Made by a program: the position numbers and the translations under genes
Assembly (NCBI GenBank): GCA_038128265.1
Contig: JAYPJE010000001.1
Span: 68,165-112,699 of the forward strand
Length of the DNA stretch: 44,535 nucleotides
From: Gemmatimonadota bacterium
GTDB taxonomy: Bacteria > Latescibacterota > UBA2968 > UBA8231
Direction of reading: 5' to 3'
The notes under the pieces: model-generated
The model's input: the letters and a program-made list of their open reading frames with translations, nothing else
What the model was told of the DNA's origin: nothing
The model's database searches: none
In this document: piece by piece, positions 1 to 8,589 of the stretch
How positions within the stretch are numbered: position 1 is the stretch's first letter
Layout of the letters: every line of letters begins with the position of its first letter

Positions 1-413
1 TCCGGCGAAATGTGCGACAGGCGCTGGGTAGCCTGCAGGAGATCGCTCTCCAACTGCTGGCGCTCGGCCACGCGCGAGACGACGCGAGTCAATTCGTCGA
101 GCTTTACGGGTTTTCGCAGGTGGGCAAAGGCGCCGTTGTCGAGGGCGGAGGTCGTCGTCGCTGCATCGCTGTGCCCCGTTATCAACACGACGGGCAGTGT
201 GGGGTTGCGCGCGTGCAGCGTGGCCAGCAGTTCGAGCCCATCCATACGCGGCATTTTGACGTCGCTAACAACTAGGTCGGGTTCGTTATCGGCAATGAGC
301 GCCAAGCCTTCAATGCCGTCGTTGGCGCTGCGCACGCAGTGGCCCGATCGCTCGAGAAAGGGCGTGAGCGATTGGTGGATAATGGGTTCGTCGTCTATGA
401 GCACTATGTTCAC
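1..413 (-). CDS. Response-regulator receiver-domain protein (3' end runs off the window)
   Basis: Not in the ORF track; my translation from GTG at 413 is MNIVLIDDEPIIHQ...DLVVSDVKMPRMDG...VVLITGH...HLRKPV, with all receiver residues (DD, D, T, K). GGAG RBS lies 8 nt upstream. Confidence 0.9.
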   Translation of the reverse strand, partial: MNIVLIDDEPIIHQSLTPFLERSGHCVRSANDGIEGLALIADNEPDLVVSDVKMPRMDGLELLATLHARNPTLPVVLITGHSDAATTTSALDNGAFAHLRKPVKLDELTRVVSRVAERQQLESDLLQATQRLSHISP

Positions 414-676
414 GTGCGGATCTCCGTCGTTGGCATTCGGCCGCCGATTGGCTGGTGGCCGGGTGCGTTTCGATTTGGGCGCGCGCGTCCTCCGACGTCG
501 CTACGTGTCGCGCGTCCCGCGCTTGGGGCGTTGGGGAGATCGGGGGAAATGGGGGGCAGCGCAGGCGCGCCTAGCGCACCGTCCTGCCAAAGGGAGTCAC
601 CCATGCCGGTACATTTGCTCAGCTAGTTGGACAACAGGTGTAGTACTGCCAATCAAAAATCTTCTGATGCGACCGC

Positions 677-694
677 TCGCAACAACTATGCCAA
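677..694 (-). promoter_or_regulatory. sigma54 (-24/-12) promoter
   Basis: Minus strand reads TTGGCATAGTTGTTGCGA, exact GG-N10-GC spacing, immediately downstream of a sigma54 activator gene. Confidence 0.8.
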
Positions 695-710
695 CGGTTG
701 AGTATGGGCA

Positions 711-723
711 TAACTAGCTGATT
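711..723 (-). promoter_or_regulatory. IHF binding site
   Basis: AATCAGCTAGTTA fully matches WATCARNNNNTTR, at about -44 to -56 of the predicted sigma54 start. Confidence 0.65.
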
Positions 724-781
724 CGCATGGGATTGCTGCCCATTTATCCAAATGTCTCTTATGGTGACTTGATACCAAATA

Positions 782-810
782 GCGGTTTGACATCGCGGTT
801 TGGCGATTTG
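782..810. promoter_or_regulatory. Candidate upstream activator sequence (3 x GCGRTTTG)
   Basis: GCGGTTTG at 782-789 and 795-802, GCGATTTG at 803-810, about -115 to -143 from the predicted sigma54 start. Confidence 0.4.
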
Positions 811-824
811 GGGCCGAGCGAATT

Positions 825-2243
825 TCAGCCGCTGGCAATATCGTATTTCTTCAGGCGGTATCGCAGGGCGTCGTGTCCGATGCCCAGATAGCGCGCCGCC
901 TCGGTCTGGTTGTTGTTGGCTTTTAGCAGTGCGCGCCGTATGGCCCGCTCTTCGATTTGTGCCAGATTGCACGCGTCGCGATCGCCTGCGTCGGACATCT
1001 TGCCGTATGCGTCTTGGCTATCCTCTAATGCGTTAAATGACAGGTCGGTGAACTCGCGCCTGCTGAGCGCCGTGCCGTCGCAGAGGATGACGGCGCGTTC
1101 GATCAGATTGCGCAACTCGCGAATATTGCCCGGATAGGCATAGCGCTTAAGCACTTCCTGTGCACCGTCGTCAATGCGTTCGATCTGCTTGCCAAACTCC
1201 GCGGCAAACTGGCGCAGAAAGTGGTAGGCCAGCAGCAAGATGTCGTCTCCGCGCTCGCGCAGGGGAGGCAGTTCAATCGCGAACACGTTGAGACGAAAAA
1301 ACAGGTCTTGGCGAAACGATCCTTCTTCCTGCATCTGCTGCAGATTTTGATGGGTAGCCGTTACGAGGCGCACGTCGATGGGTATTTCGCGGTCACCGCC
1401 GACGCGGCGCACTTTGCGCTCTTCCAACGCGCGCAGAATTTTCGCCTGTGCGGCCAGGCTCATATCGCCGATTTCATCCAAGAATAGCGTGCCGCCAGCG
1501 CTCAGTTCAAACATGCCTTTGCGCGCGCTCTTGGCGTCGGTGAAGGCGCCCTTTTCGTGACCAAAGAGCTCGCTTTCAAAGAGCGTTTCTGGCACGGCCG
1601 TGCAGTTGAGGGTAACAAAGGGCTTGTTTTGGCGCGGGCTGTGTTCGTGCAGCGCACGGGCAAATAGCTCTTTGCCCGTGCCGCTTTCGCCGCGGATGAG
1701 CACGGTAGTGCGATCTGTTTGCGAGACCTTATCGACGAGGGCCAGTGCCGACTTAATCGCCCGGCTTTCGCCAATGATCTCGCCGCTGTCGGCGCGCCGC
1801 TCGGAGCGCATGATGAGATCGAGCTGCTCGTGCATGCGGTCTCGCTCGCGGCGCAGTGCGCCGTAGCGCTGCGTGCGCTGCAGGGAGGCCAGCAGGTCGG
1901 GTATCTTGACGGGCTTGGTAAAAAAATCGAAGGCGCCGTGCCGCAGCGCTTCAATGGAGGCATCCATGTCGCCGTAGCCCGTGATGAGAATAACTTCGAC
2001 CTGGGCATCGCGCTCCTGTAGCCGCTCAAGTAGCTCAATGCCGCTTAGACCAGGCATGCTGATGTCGCTGATGATGATATCGGCACCGTGGTCGGAAAAC
2101 TTCTCGAGCCCCTCGTCACCGCTGTAGGCGTATTGCATCTGACAGCCCATTTTTTCAAGCAGGGGACCAATGCTTTTGTGAATGACATCCTCATCATCAA
2201 TGAGCAGTAATTTTAAGTCGCGCAGCTGGTGTGCATCGGCCAT
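825..2243 (-). CDS. NtrC/AtoC-family sigma54-dependent response regulator (REC-AAA+-Fis HTH)
   Basis: REC (IDDE...SDISMP...KP), Walker A GESGTGKE, GAFTDA loop, Walker B LFLDEIG, YPGNIREL, C-terminal HTH NQTEAARYLGI. Confidence 0.95.
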   Translation of the reverse strand: MADAHQLRDLKLLLIDDEDVIHKSIGPLLEKMGCQMQYAYSGDEGLEKFSDHGADIIISDISMPGLSGIELLERLQERDAQVEVILITGYGDMDASIEALRHGAFDFFTKPVKIPDLLASLQRTQRYGALRRERDRMHEQLDLIMRSERRADSGEIIGESRAIKSALALVDKVSQTDRTTVLIRGESGTGKELFARALHEHSPRQNKPFVTLNCTAVPETLFESELFGHEKGAFTDAKSARKGMFELSAGGTLFLDEIGDMSLAAQAKILRALEERKVRRVGGDREIPIDVRLVTATHQNLQQMQEEGSFRQDLFFRLNVFAIELPPLRERGDDILLLAYHFLRQFAAEFGKQIERIDDGAQEVLKRYAYPGNIRELRNLIERAVILCDGTALSRREFTDLSFNALEDSQDAYGKMSDAGDRDACNLAQIEERAIRRALLKANNNQTEAARYLGIGHDALRYRLKKYDIASG

Positions 2244-2246
2244 GGG

Positions 2247-4160
2247 CTAGCGGTTTCCTTCTTGATGTATTGGCAGAGATACGCAAAATGTAGCCCCTAT
2301 TCCAGGCCTGTTCTCAACGCGGATCTCGCCGCCGTGCTTGCGGACAATTCCGTACGATATGGACAGGCCGAGTCCGGTGCCCTGTCCGACCTGTTTGGAA
2401 GTAAAGAAGGGGTCGAAAATATGCTTTACAATGCGCTCGGGAATGCCGCCGCCCGTATCGGAAACGCGCAGCAGCAGCGAGCGATCTCGCCGGAGTGCTT
2501 CCACCGCTAATACGGGTTCCCACTGCGCACCTATGCTGCTATCGTGGGCTCTCAGCGTGATGCGTTCATCCATTGCTTGGCGCGCATTGGTGATGAGGTT
2601 GAGCAGAACCTGCTCCAACTGCTGTGGCCAACCCAGGCAGGTTGGCAGCGGCTCTTCGACCTTTTTCTCGATGCGAATGCCGTGACCATTTAACTGGGTT
2701 TCGGCGAGTTTAAAAACGTTGTCGATCACCTCGCCCATAGTAAACGATACGGCTTCTTCCTCGGAGGTTTTGTTGCGCGAGAAGTCGCGCATATGATTGA
2801 TGATATTACTCATGCGGTCTACCTGGCCGACGATATCTTCCAGCGTTGAACGCACGTCCTCCATTTTTACCTCCCAGCCATAGCGCATGCTGAGAAGTAT
2901 GGTTTCGGCAAAGGTGCGAATGCCGCTGAGCGGCTGATTGAGTTCGTGTGCAACGCCTGCAGCCATTTCTCCTAGGGCGTGTAGATGGCTCGTCTGCAGC
3001 AGTTTAAACTGCTGGGCGTGCGCGTCGATACTTCGCGCAACGGCATCGGCCAGTTTGTCGACAAATTCGCGCTGTATCGCGACGTGCTCGGGCATTTGCG
3101 ATGAGAACAACTCTAGCCTGCCCTGCCCAACTTCGCCGAGCTGCAGCGGTGCAGTTATATAGGGCGTAGCGTCGGCTGGAATATGTCCACAGGAGCTCTG
3201 CCTTTCGCCGGCCGTTATACGCACGCCGACTGGGTTGAAGTAGCTTAGGCATTCGACGAGTTTAGGCGCCATTTCCGTCAGCGGGTCCGGTGCGTTGACA
3301 AAAGAACCTGTCTCGCTGCGAAAGGTCAGCGCTCTTTGACTGGACCCGTCGCGCAGTAGCTGATCGCGCAGCAGCTGCACCTGCAGCGTCTGGTCCTGTA
3401 ACAGCAGACAGGTCAAATCACTCTGTTGTTCATCGTTTGCCTTGCCTGCAGAAAAGGCCGTCACGTAGTAGTGGCGTATATCCGTCGGATCTGAAGATGG
3501 GCGTACGCACACTGCGCGGCCCGGACTGTTGCCGTCGTGTGCGAGCGCCTCAACAAACTGAAAAAAGGGCTGGGGGTCGACGCCCACCTGTTCCAATAGC
3601 GCGTCCAGTGCATGCCCGTCGGGGCGGGAATCGCGCTGTGATAGCGCCCCGTAAAATGCTGCATTGGCTGCATGGATTATAAGCCTGCGGTCGATGATGC
3701 AAATGGGAAAGGGGAGCTGGCACAGCGCGTTTGCATCGACTGCGTCCTCCAGACCGGGCGGCAGTGACTGTGTATTGGCTTTCCGTTCGAGCGGTTCGGT
3801 GTAGGCCCGTTGCCGCCGGCGGTGGTCTACGGCCGTCTGCGCTCTGTCGAGTGCGACCCCTAGCGCTTCGTCGCGCAGCGGTTTTTGCAAAAGGGCCAAT
3901 GCGCCCGATGCCGCGGCGTAGACGGCGGCATCGCTATCGGTGCGGTGCGATACGAGAAGAATGGGTATTTCCGCGCTGGCCGCGCGCACGTCGTCCACTT
4001 CGGAAGCTGTGGTTATGATCAGATCGGCGGCATGGGAGCGGAGCGCATCGATACCAGATCGAATGTCGCGCGCCGCGCGCACCTGATCGCCGCGTCTGTC
4101 TGCGTGCTGCCGAAGCGCCTCGAGTGCGATTTCGTCATCGTCGATTATGAGAATATTCAT
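2247..4160 (-). CDS. Hybrid sensor histidine kinase (degenerate REC, PAS-like, HisKA, HATPase), NtrB-like
   Basis: H-box AGVAHELNQPL, N-box QVLLNLITNA, DTGGG, FDPFFTSK, GTGLGL. Start moved to MNILIIDDD (ATG 4160) because the longer ORF overlaps the divergent gene. Confidence 0.9.
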   Translation of the reverse strand: MNILIIDDDEIALEALRQHADRRGDQVRAARDIRSGIDALRSHAADLIITTASEVDDVRAASAEIPILLVSHRTDSDAAVYAAASGALALLQKPLRDEALGVALDRAQTAVDHRRRQRAYTEPLERKANTQSLPPGLEDAVDANALCQLPFPICIIDRRLIIHAANAAFYGALSQRDSRPDGHALDALLEQVGVDPQPFFQFVEALAHDGNSPGRAVCVRPSSDPTDIRHYYVTAFSAGKANDEQQSDLTCLLLQDQTLQVQLLRDQLLRDGSSQRALTFRSETGSFVNAPDPLTEMAPKLVECLSYFNPVGVRITAGERQSSCGHIPADATPYITAPLQLGEVGQGRLELFSSQMPEHVAIQREFVDKLADAVARSIDAHAQQFKLLQTSHLHALGEMAAGVAHELNQPLSGIRTFAETILLSMRYGWEVKMEDVRSTLEDIVGQVDRMSNIINHMRDFSRNKTSEEEAVSFTMGEVIDNVFKLAETQLNGHGIRIEKKVEEPLPTCLGWPQQLEQVLLNLITNARQAMDERITLRAHDSSIGAQWEPVLAVEALRRDRSLLLRVSDTGGGIPERIVKHIFDPFFTSKQVGQGTGLGLSISYGIVRKHGGEIRVENRPGIGATFCVSLPIHQEGNR

Positions 4161-4296
4161 AGCAGTATTTGATTTGGGTATACCTAATATACCTTTATTG
4201 TTACAATTGAGTAGCGCGGCGTGGTTCGGCGCGGTTGGGCTGTCCACGAACCCCCCAACTTGCATGGTGTTGCGGGCGTAACGTGCAGAGAGGAGC

Positions 4297-5454
4297 GTGC
4301 TGTTGGAGCACTGCGATGTAGCTGTTGTGGGATGTGGGGGCATGGGGAGCGCAACGCTCTATCACCTGGCCTTGCGCGGCGTGCGCGCCTGCGCGATAGA
4401 GCGATTTGCTCCCGGTCACGACCGCGGATCTTCACACGGCGATACGCGTATTATTCGCAAGGCCTATTTGGAGCACCCCAACTACGTCCCCCTACTAGAG
4501 CGGGCGTACGAACTGTGGGATCGCCTGGCGGACGAGTCGCAAAAGGATCTGCTTGTTCGCTGTGGATTGCTGGCCATGGGCCACCCCGACTCGCGCGTAA
4601 TGCGCGGCCAGGCCGCCTGCTACGCGGCCTGCGATCTACCGCACGAAGTATTGGACGAGGCCGAGCTGCATCGGCGCTATCCAGCGCTGGGTCTCGGCGA
4701 AGGCTGGCAGGCGTATCTCGATCCTCTTGGCGGTTTTTTGCGCGTAGAAGAGTGCGTGCGCGCGCACGCGCGCTGGGCGCAGCTGCGGGGTGCGGCGCTC
4801 TACGCCGGTGAGGTGATGCACCGCTGGTGGCCCGACGGCGATGGCGTGCGTATTGAGACCGATCAGCGCACGCTGCGGGCCGATCGCATGGTGCTAACTG
4901 CGGGGGCATGGGCAGCTCCGCAGCTGCGGGAATTGGGCGTTGCGGCGCGCGTCGTGCGCAAAGTGCTGCTGTGGTATGGAGGAGAGGGATGCGATGCGTA
5001 CGCGCTGGGGTCGCTGCCCTGCTTCTTGGTTGGGCAAGATGGCAGTGCGGACACGTTTTATGGTTTTCCCGCGCTCGATCACCGCGGGGTGAAGATCGCC
5101 GAGCACAATGTATTCATGGACGACGAGGTAGCCGATCCACTGCATCTCAATCGAATGTTAGAGGACCGCGATGAGGAGCCGGTGCGCCGCTTTGCCGCGC
5201 AGTTTTTTCCGCGTCTGAGCGCTCGGCGCACCCACTACGTCACCTGTATGTATACTATGACGCCCGACGAGCACTTTGTCGTGGATGTGCATCCCGAACA
5301 CCCTCAGGTGGTCCTGGCTGCGGGGTTTTCCGGGCACGGCTTTAAGTTCGCATCGGTCATGGGGGAAATCCTCGCCGACTTGGCCGTCGATGGTGCGACT
5401 AGCCAGCCGATTGACTTTCTGCGCCTGGAGCGCTTTGCCAGGGGAGCTGAGTAA
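4297..5454 (+). CDS. solA: N-methyl-L-tryptophan oxidase / monomeric sarcosine oxidase family flavoprotein
   Basis: GxGxxG FAD motif, GSSHGDTRIIR, CMYTMTPDEHF (covalent-flavin Cys), GFSGHGFKF; GAGGAG RBS. Confidence 0.88.
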   Translation: MLLEHCDVAVVGCGGMGSATLYHLALRGVRACAIERFAPGHDRGSSHGDTRIIRKAYLEHPNYVPLLERAYELWDRLADESQKDLLVRCGLLAMGHPDSRVMRGQAACYAACDLPHEVLDEAELHRRYPALGLGEGWQAYLDPLGGFLRVEECVRAHARWAQLRGAALYAGEVMHRWWPDGDGVRIETDQRTLRADRMVLTAGAWAAPQLRELGVAARVVRKVLLWYGGEGCDAYALGSLPCFLVGQDGSADTFYGFPALDHRGVKIAEHNVFMDDEVADPLHLNRMLEDRDEEPVRRFAAQFFPRLSARRTHYVTCMYTMTPDEHFVVDVHPEHPQVVLAAGFSGHGFKFASVMGEILADLAVDGATSQPIDFLRLERFARGAE

Positions 5455-6228
5455 ATGGATTTGAATTTGAAGGGGCGTGCGGCATTGGTGAGCGGCGCCA
5501 GCCGCGGCATTGGACGTGCCATAGCCAACGTCCTTGCCGAAGAGGGCGTCAACTTAAGTATCTGCGCGCGTGGACAGGAGGGGCTGGACGAGGCGGCTGC
5601 CGAGTTGCGCACGCGCGGTGTGGAGGTATTTGCTCAGACCTGCGACGTGCGCCGGCGAGGCGAAATAGAAGCCTTTGTCGCGGCGGCCGCGGCGGAATTA
5701 GGAGGTATGGACATCGTCGTCAACAACGTCGGTGGTTCGGCAGGTGGTCTGCTGGAAGACAGCACGGACGAGGAGTGGGAAGAGACGTTCCAGCTGAATT
5801 TGTTCCACGCCGTGCGCACTACGCGCGCCGCGCTGCCACACATGCGCGCGCGCGGCGGTGGCGCCGTTGTTATCATCACCTCCATATCAGGTGCTAAACC
5901 GGCGCCGCGCGCCCAGTACGGCTGCGCGAAGGCCGCTGAAAATTTCCTCGCTGGTGCCTTGGCGTTGGAACTCGCCGACGCCAACGTGCGCGTCAATGCC
6001 GTTGCTCCGGGGTCTATCTTTTTTCCCGGCGGGGGGTGGGAGCGCTTTCGCGCCGAGGAGACGGAGCGCTTTGACGATTTTGTCCAGCGCGAATTTCCCG
6101 GCGAGCGTCTGGGATCTCCGCGAGAAGTGGCCGATGTGGTGGCCTTTTTAGTGTCGGATCGCGCCGGTTGGATTAACGGGGCCGTCGTGCCCGTCGATGG
6201 GGCGCAGGGGCGGCCATCGGTCTTTTAG
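5455..6228 (+). CDS. SDR-family oxidoreductase
   Basis: SGASRGIG, NNVG, catalytic YGCAK; starts immediately after the solA stop. Confidence 0.92.
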   Translation: MDLNLKGRAALVSGASRGIGRAIANVLAEEGVNLSICARGQEGLDEAAAELRTRGVEVFAQTCDVRRRGEIEAFVAAAAAELGGMDIVVNNVGGSAGGLLEDSTDEEWEETFQLNLFHAVRTTRAALPHMRARGGGAVVIITSISGAKPAPRAQYGCAKAAENFLAGALALELADANVRVNAVAPGSIFFPGGGWERFRAEETERFDDFVQREFPGERLGSPREVADVVAFLVSDRAGWINGAVVPVDGAQGRPSVF

Positions 6229-6248
6229 GCCTGCCCGCATCCGCATGG

Positions 6249-6272
6249 GGCCCGCCGCAGGCGCGGCGGGCC
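6249..6272. terminator. GC-rich hairpin between convergent SDR genes
   Basis: GGCCCGCCGC-AGGC-GCGGCGGGCC, perfect 10-bp stem with no U-tract. Confidence 0.45.
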
Positions 6273-6283
6273 GGACGAGCGTG

Positions 6284-7066
6284 CTATCCCTGAAAAAGGG
6301 ACAGCGCACCGTCGACATAGATTTCCGTCCCGGTGACGTAGCTGGCTTCTTCACTGGCCAAGAACAGGATGGCATTGGCGACTTCCTCGGACGATGCGGA
6401 GCGCTGCTGGAGCGGAATCATGCCCTGGGGAAATTCGCGCGGGATGCGAATTTTATCGATGTCGCGTGGAAAGGTATTCTCGCGGATATTGGTCTTGGTC
6501 GCGCCAGGGCATACCACGTTGATGCGGATATTCCACTGCGCCAGTTCCACTGCGGCCATTTTGGTGAAGGTCACCTGGGCTGCTTTAGAGCAGGCATAGG
6601 CGGTAAAGCCAAAGTTGGAAAAAATGCGGTTGCCGTTGACCGAAGAGACGACGACAATGCTGCCGCCGCCGGCATCGCGTAGATGGGGTATGGCGTACTT
6701 CACCGTGAGAAATGTTCCGCGCACGTTGATGTCCTGCGTCTGACTCCACTCCTCGGGCGTAATGTCTTCGATCGGTGCAAAGACGCCGTTGATGCCCGCG
6801 TTGGGCACGACCACGTCGAGTCGCCCCCAGTGTTTCACCGTTTCCGTAACGAGCTCTTCTACGTGGTCTGGGTGGGCGATATCGCCCGGCAGGGCTAGCG
6901 CTTGGCCGCCCAGTGCTTCGATTTCCTCCACGACCTCTCGACAGCGCTCCGCGCGCCGTGCCGTGATGGCTACCTGTGCGCCCTCGCGGGCGAAGGCCAA
7001 GGCTGCTGCGCGTCCGATACCGCTGCTCCCGCCGGTGACTAGCGCTACTTTACCTTCAAGTTTCAT
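6284..7066 (-). CDS. SDR-family oxidoreductase
   Basis: TGGSSGIG, NAG, YACSK, VDG; GAGG RBS. Confidence 0.93.
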   Translation of the reverse strand: MKLEGKVALVTGGSSGIGRAAALAFAREGAQVAITARRAERCREVVEEIEALGGQALALPGDIAHPDHVEELVTETVKHWGRLDVVVPNAGINGVFAPIEDITPEEWSQTQDINVRGTFLTVKYAIPHLRDAGGGSIVVVSSVNGNRIFSNFGFTAYACSKAAQVTFTKMAAVELAQWNIRINVVCPGATKTNIRENTFPRDIDKIRIPREFPQGMIPLQQRSASSEEVANAILFLASEEASYVTGTEIYVDGALSLFQG

Positions 7067-7134
7067 CGCAATTTCCTCTTTCGCAGTGGCAGTGCGACCG
7101 GTGCATTTAGCCCTTAGCGCGCTGCGATCTGTGG

Positions 7135-7163
7135 TTGACGTCTATCATACAGGTAAATAATTT
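7135..7163 (+). promoter_or_regulatory. sigma70-type promoter
   Basis: TTGACG-N17-TAATTT upstream of the enolase-family gene. Confidence 0.6.
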
Positions 7164-7255
7164 ATGCGGGTTGGCCTGTGCCTATGGCACCCTAAACCGG
7201 CAAATATACGCTGATCAATCCGATCGGCAACAGCGCTTCTTGGGAGAGAGATGAG

Positions 7256-8527
7256 ATGAGTGACAGCGTGGAAGCAAATGTGAATGTGAACTCGCGTCCA
7301 AGCGAGCTGGCAATAACCGATATGCGCGTGGTGAATCTGCGTGGGGCGCCGTTTCGCTCGACGATCATCCGCCTAGATACCAACCAGGGCATTAGCGGCT
7401 ACGGCGAGGTGCGCGACGGCGGCAGTGAGACCTATGCGCTCATGCTGAAAAGTCGGCTTATTGGAGAAAACCCCTGCAACGTCGACAAAATTTTTCGCAA
7501 GATAAAGCAGTTTGGTCATCACGCTCGGCAGGCCGGTGGCGTCTGTGGTATTGAAATGGCGCTGATGGATTTGGCCGGCAAAGCCTACGGGGTACCTGCC
7601 TACCAGCTGGCAGGGGGCAAGTTCCGCGACCAGATCCTCTGCTACTGCGACACGCCTTCGGAAAAAGACGGCAAGGATATGGGCCGGCGGCTGAAAGAGC
7701 GCATGGAAAACGGCTTTGGCTTCCTGAAGATGGATGTGGGAATCGGCCTGCTGCGCGACACCACGGATACCCTGATTGCGCCGCCCAATATGCTGCGAAC
7801 GCACGAAGTCATGCACCCGTTCACCGGTATCCAGATCACCGATAAAGGCATCGATATTCTCTGCCAGTATGTCGCCGACGTGCGCAGCGAGATCGGCTAT
7901 GAGGTGCCGCTGGCAGTCGATCACTTCGGCCATATTGGCGTCGAGTCGTGTATACGCTTGGGCAAAGCGCTTGACCAATTTTCGCTGGCCTGGTACGAGG
8001 ATATGATTCCCTGGCAGTTTCCCGATCAGTGGCAGCGCCTGGCGGAGTCGGTCGACACGCCGGTGTGCACGGGCGAGGACATCTATCTCAAAGAGGGGTT
8101 TCTGCCACTTTTTGAGCGCCGTGCCATTGCGGTGGCGCATCCCGACTTAGCCTCTTCAGGCGGTATTCTCGAGACAAAGAAGGTCGGCGACCTGGCGCAG
8201 GAACACGGCATTGCGATGGCGCTGCACATGGCCATGTCGCCTATTGCGGCGCTGGCTTCGGTGCACTGCGCGGCGGCCACCGAGAACTTTATGGTGCTGG
8301 AGAATCACTCCGTTGATCAGTTGGAGCAGTGGAGCAACCTAGTCGAGGGCCTGCCGGTTCCGCTGATAAAAGACGGGCACATCGCCGTGCCCGAGGGGCC
8401 GGGGCTCGGTTTTACCGACCTCAACGAAGCGGTGCTAAAGGAGTTTGTCGACAAGGACAATCCGGGCATCTTTGATTCGAGCGCGCGTTGGGACGGCGAG
8501 CGCGCGCACGATCGCCTGTGGAGCTAA
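7256..8527 (+). CDS. Mandelate racemase/muconate lactonizing enzyme family protein (probable acid-sugar dehydratase)
   Basis: N-terminal GISGYGE, GIEMALMDLAGKAYGVP; KMD; metal ligands in AVDH, WYED, TGED; H in ALHMA. Confidence 0.9.
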   Translation: MSDSVEANVNVNSRPSELAITDMRVVNLRGAPFRSTIIRLDTNQGISGYGEVRDGGSETYALMLKSRLIGENPCNVDKIFRKIKQFGHHARQAGGVCGIEMALMDLAGKAYGVPAYQLAGGKFRDQILCYCDTPSEKDGKDMGRRLKERMENGFGFLKMDVGIGLLRDTTDTLIAPPNMLRTHEVMHPFTGIQITDKGIDILCQYVADVRSEIGYEVPLAVDHFGHIGVESCIRLGKALDQFSLAWYEDMIPWQFPDQWQRLAESVDTPVCTGEDIYLKEGFLPLFERRAIAVAHPDLASSGGILETKKVGDLAQEHGIAMALHMAMSPIAALASVHCAAATENFMVLENHSVDQLEQWSNLVEGLPVPLIKDGHIAVPEGPGLGFTDLNEAVLKEFVDKDNPGIFDSSARWDGERAHDRLWS

Positions 8528-8547
8528 GGACGTCGCTATAAGCAGGT

Positions 8548-8578
8548 GGGGAGAGGCGAGACTCGTCTCTCCCCTTTT
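8548..8578 (+). terminator. Rho-independent terminator
   Basis: GGGGAGAGGCGA...TCGTCTCTCCCC stem followed by TTTTATTTT. Confidence 0.8.
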
Positions 8579-8589
8579 ATTTTATTCGC

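Noticed and set aside
10..717. 235-aa plus-strand ORF
   Set aside because: Antisense shadow of the real minus-strand receiver gene and its promoter; Ser/Arg-rich with no motifs.
729..740. 12-mer GGGATTGCTGCC also present at 16349-16360
   Set aside because: A single shared 12-mer is expected by chance in a window this size, and the positions relative to the two sigma54 promoters differ.
4161..4343. 61-aa N-terminal extension of the kinase given in the ORF track
   Set aside because: Overlaps the divergent solA start and the AT-rich promoter region; the receiver fold begins at 4160.
7185..7202. TGGCAC as a possible third sigma54 promoter
   Set aside because: No GC at the required GG-N10-GC spacing; a sigma70-like promoter explains the region.
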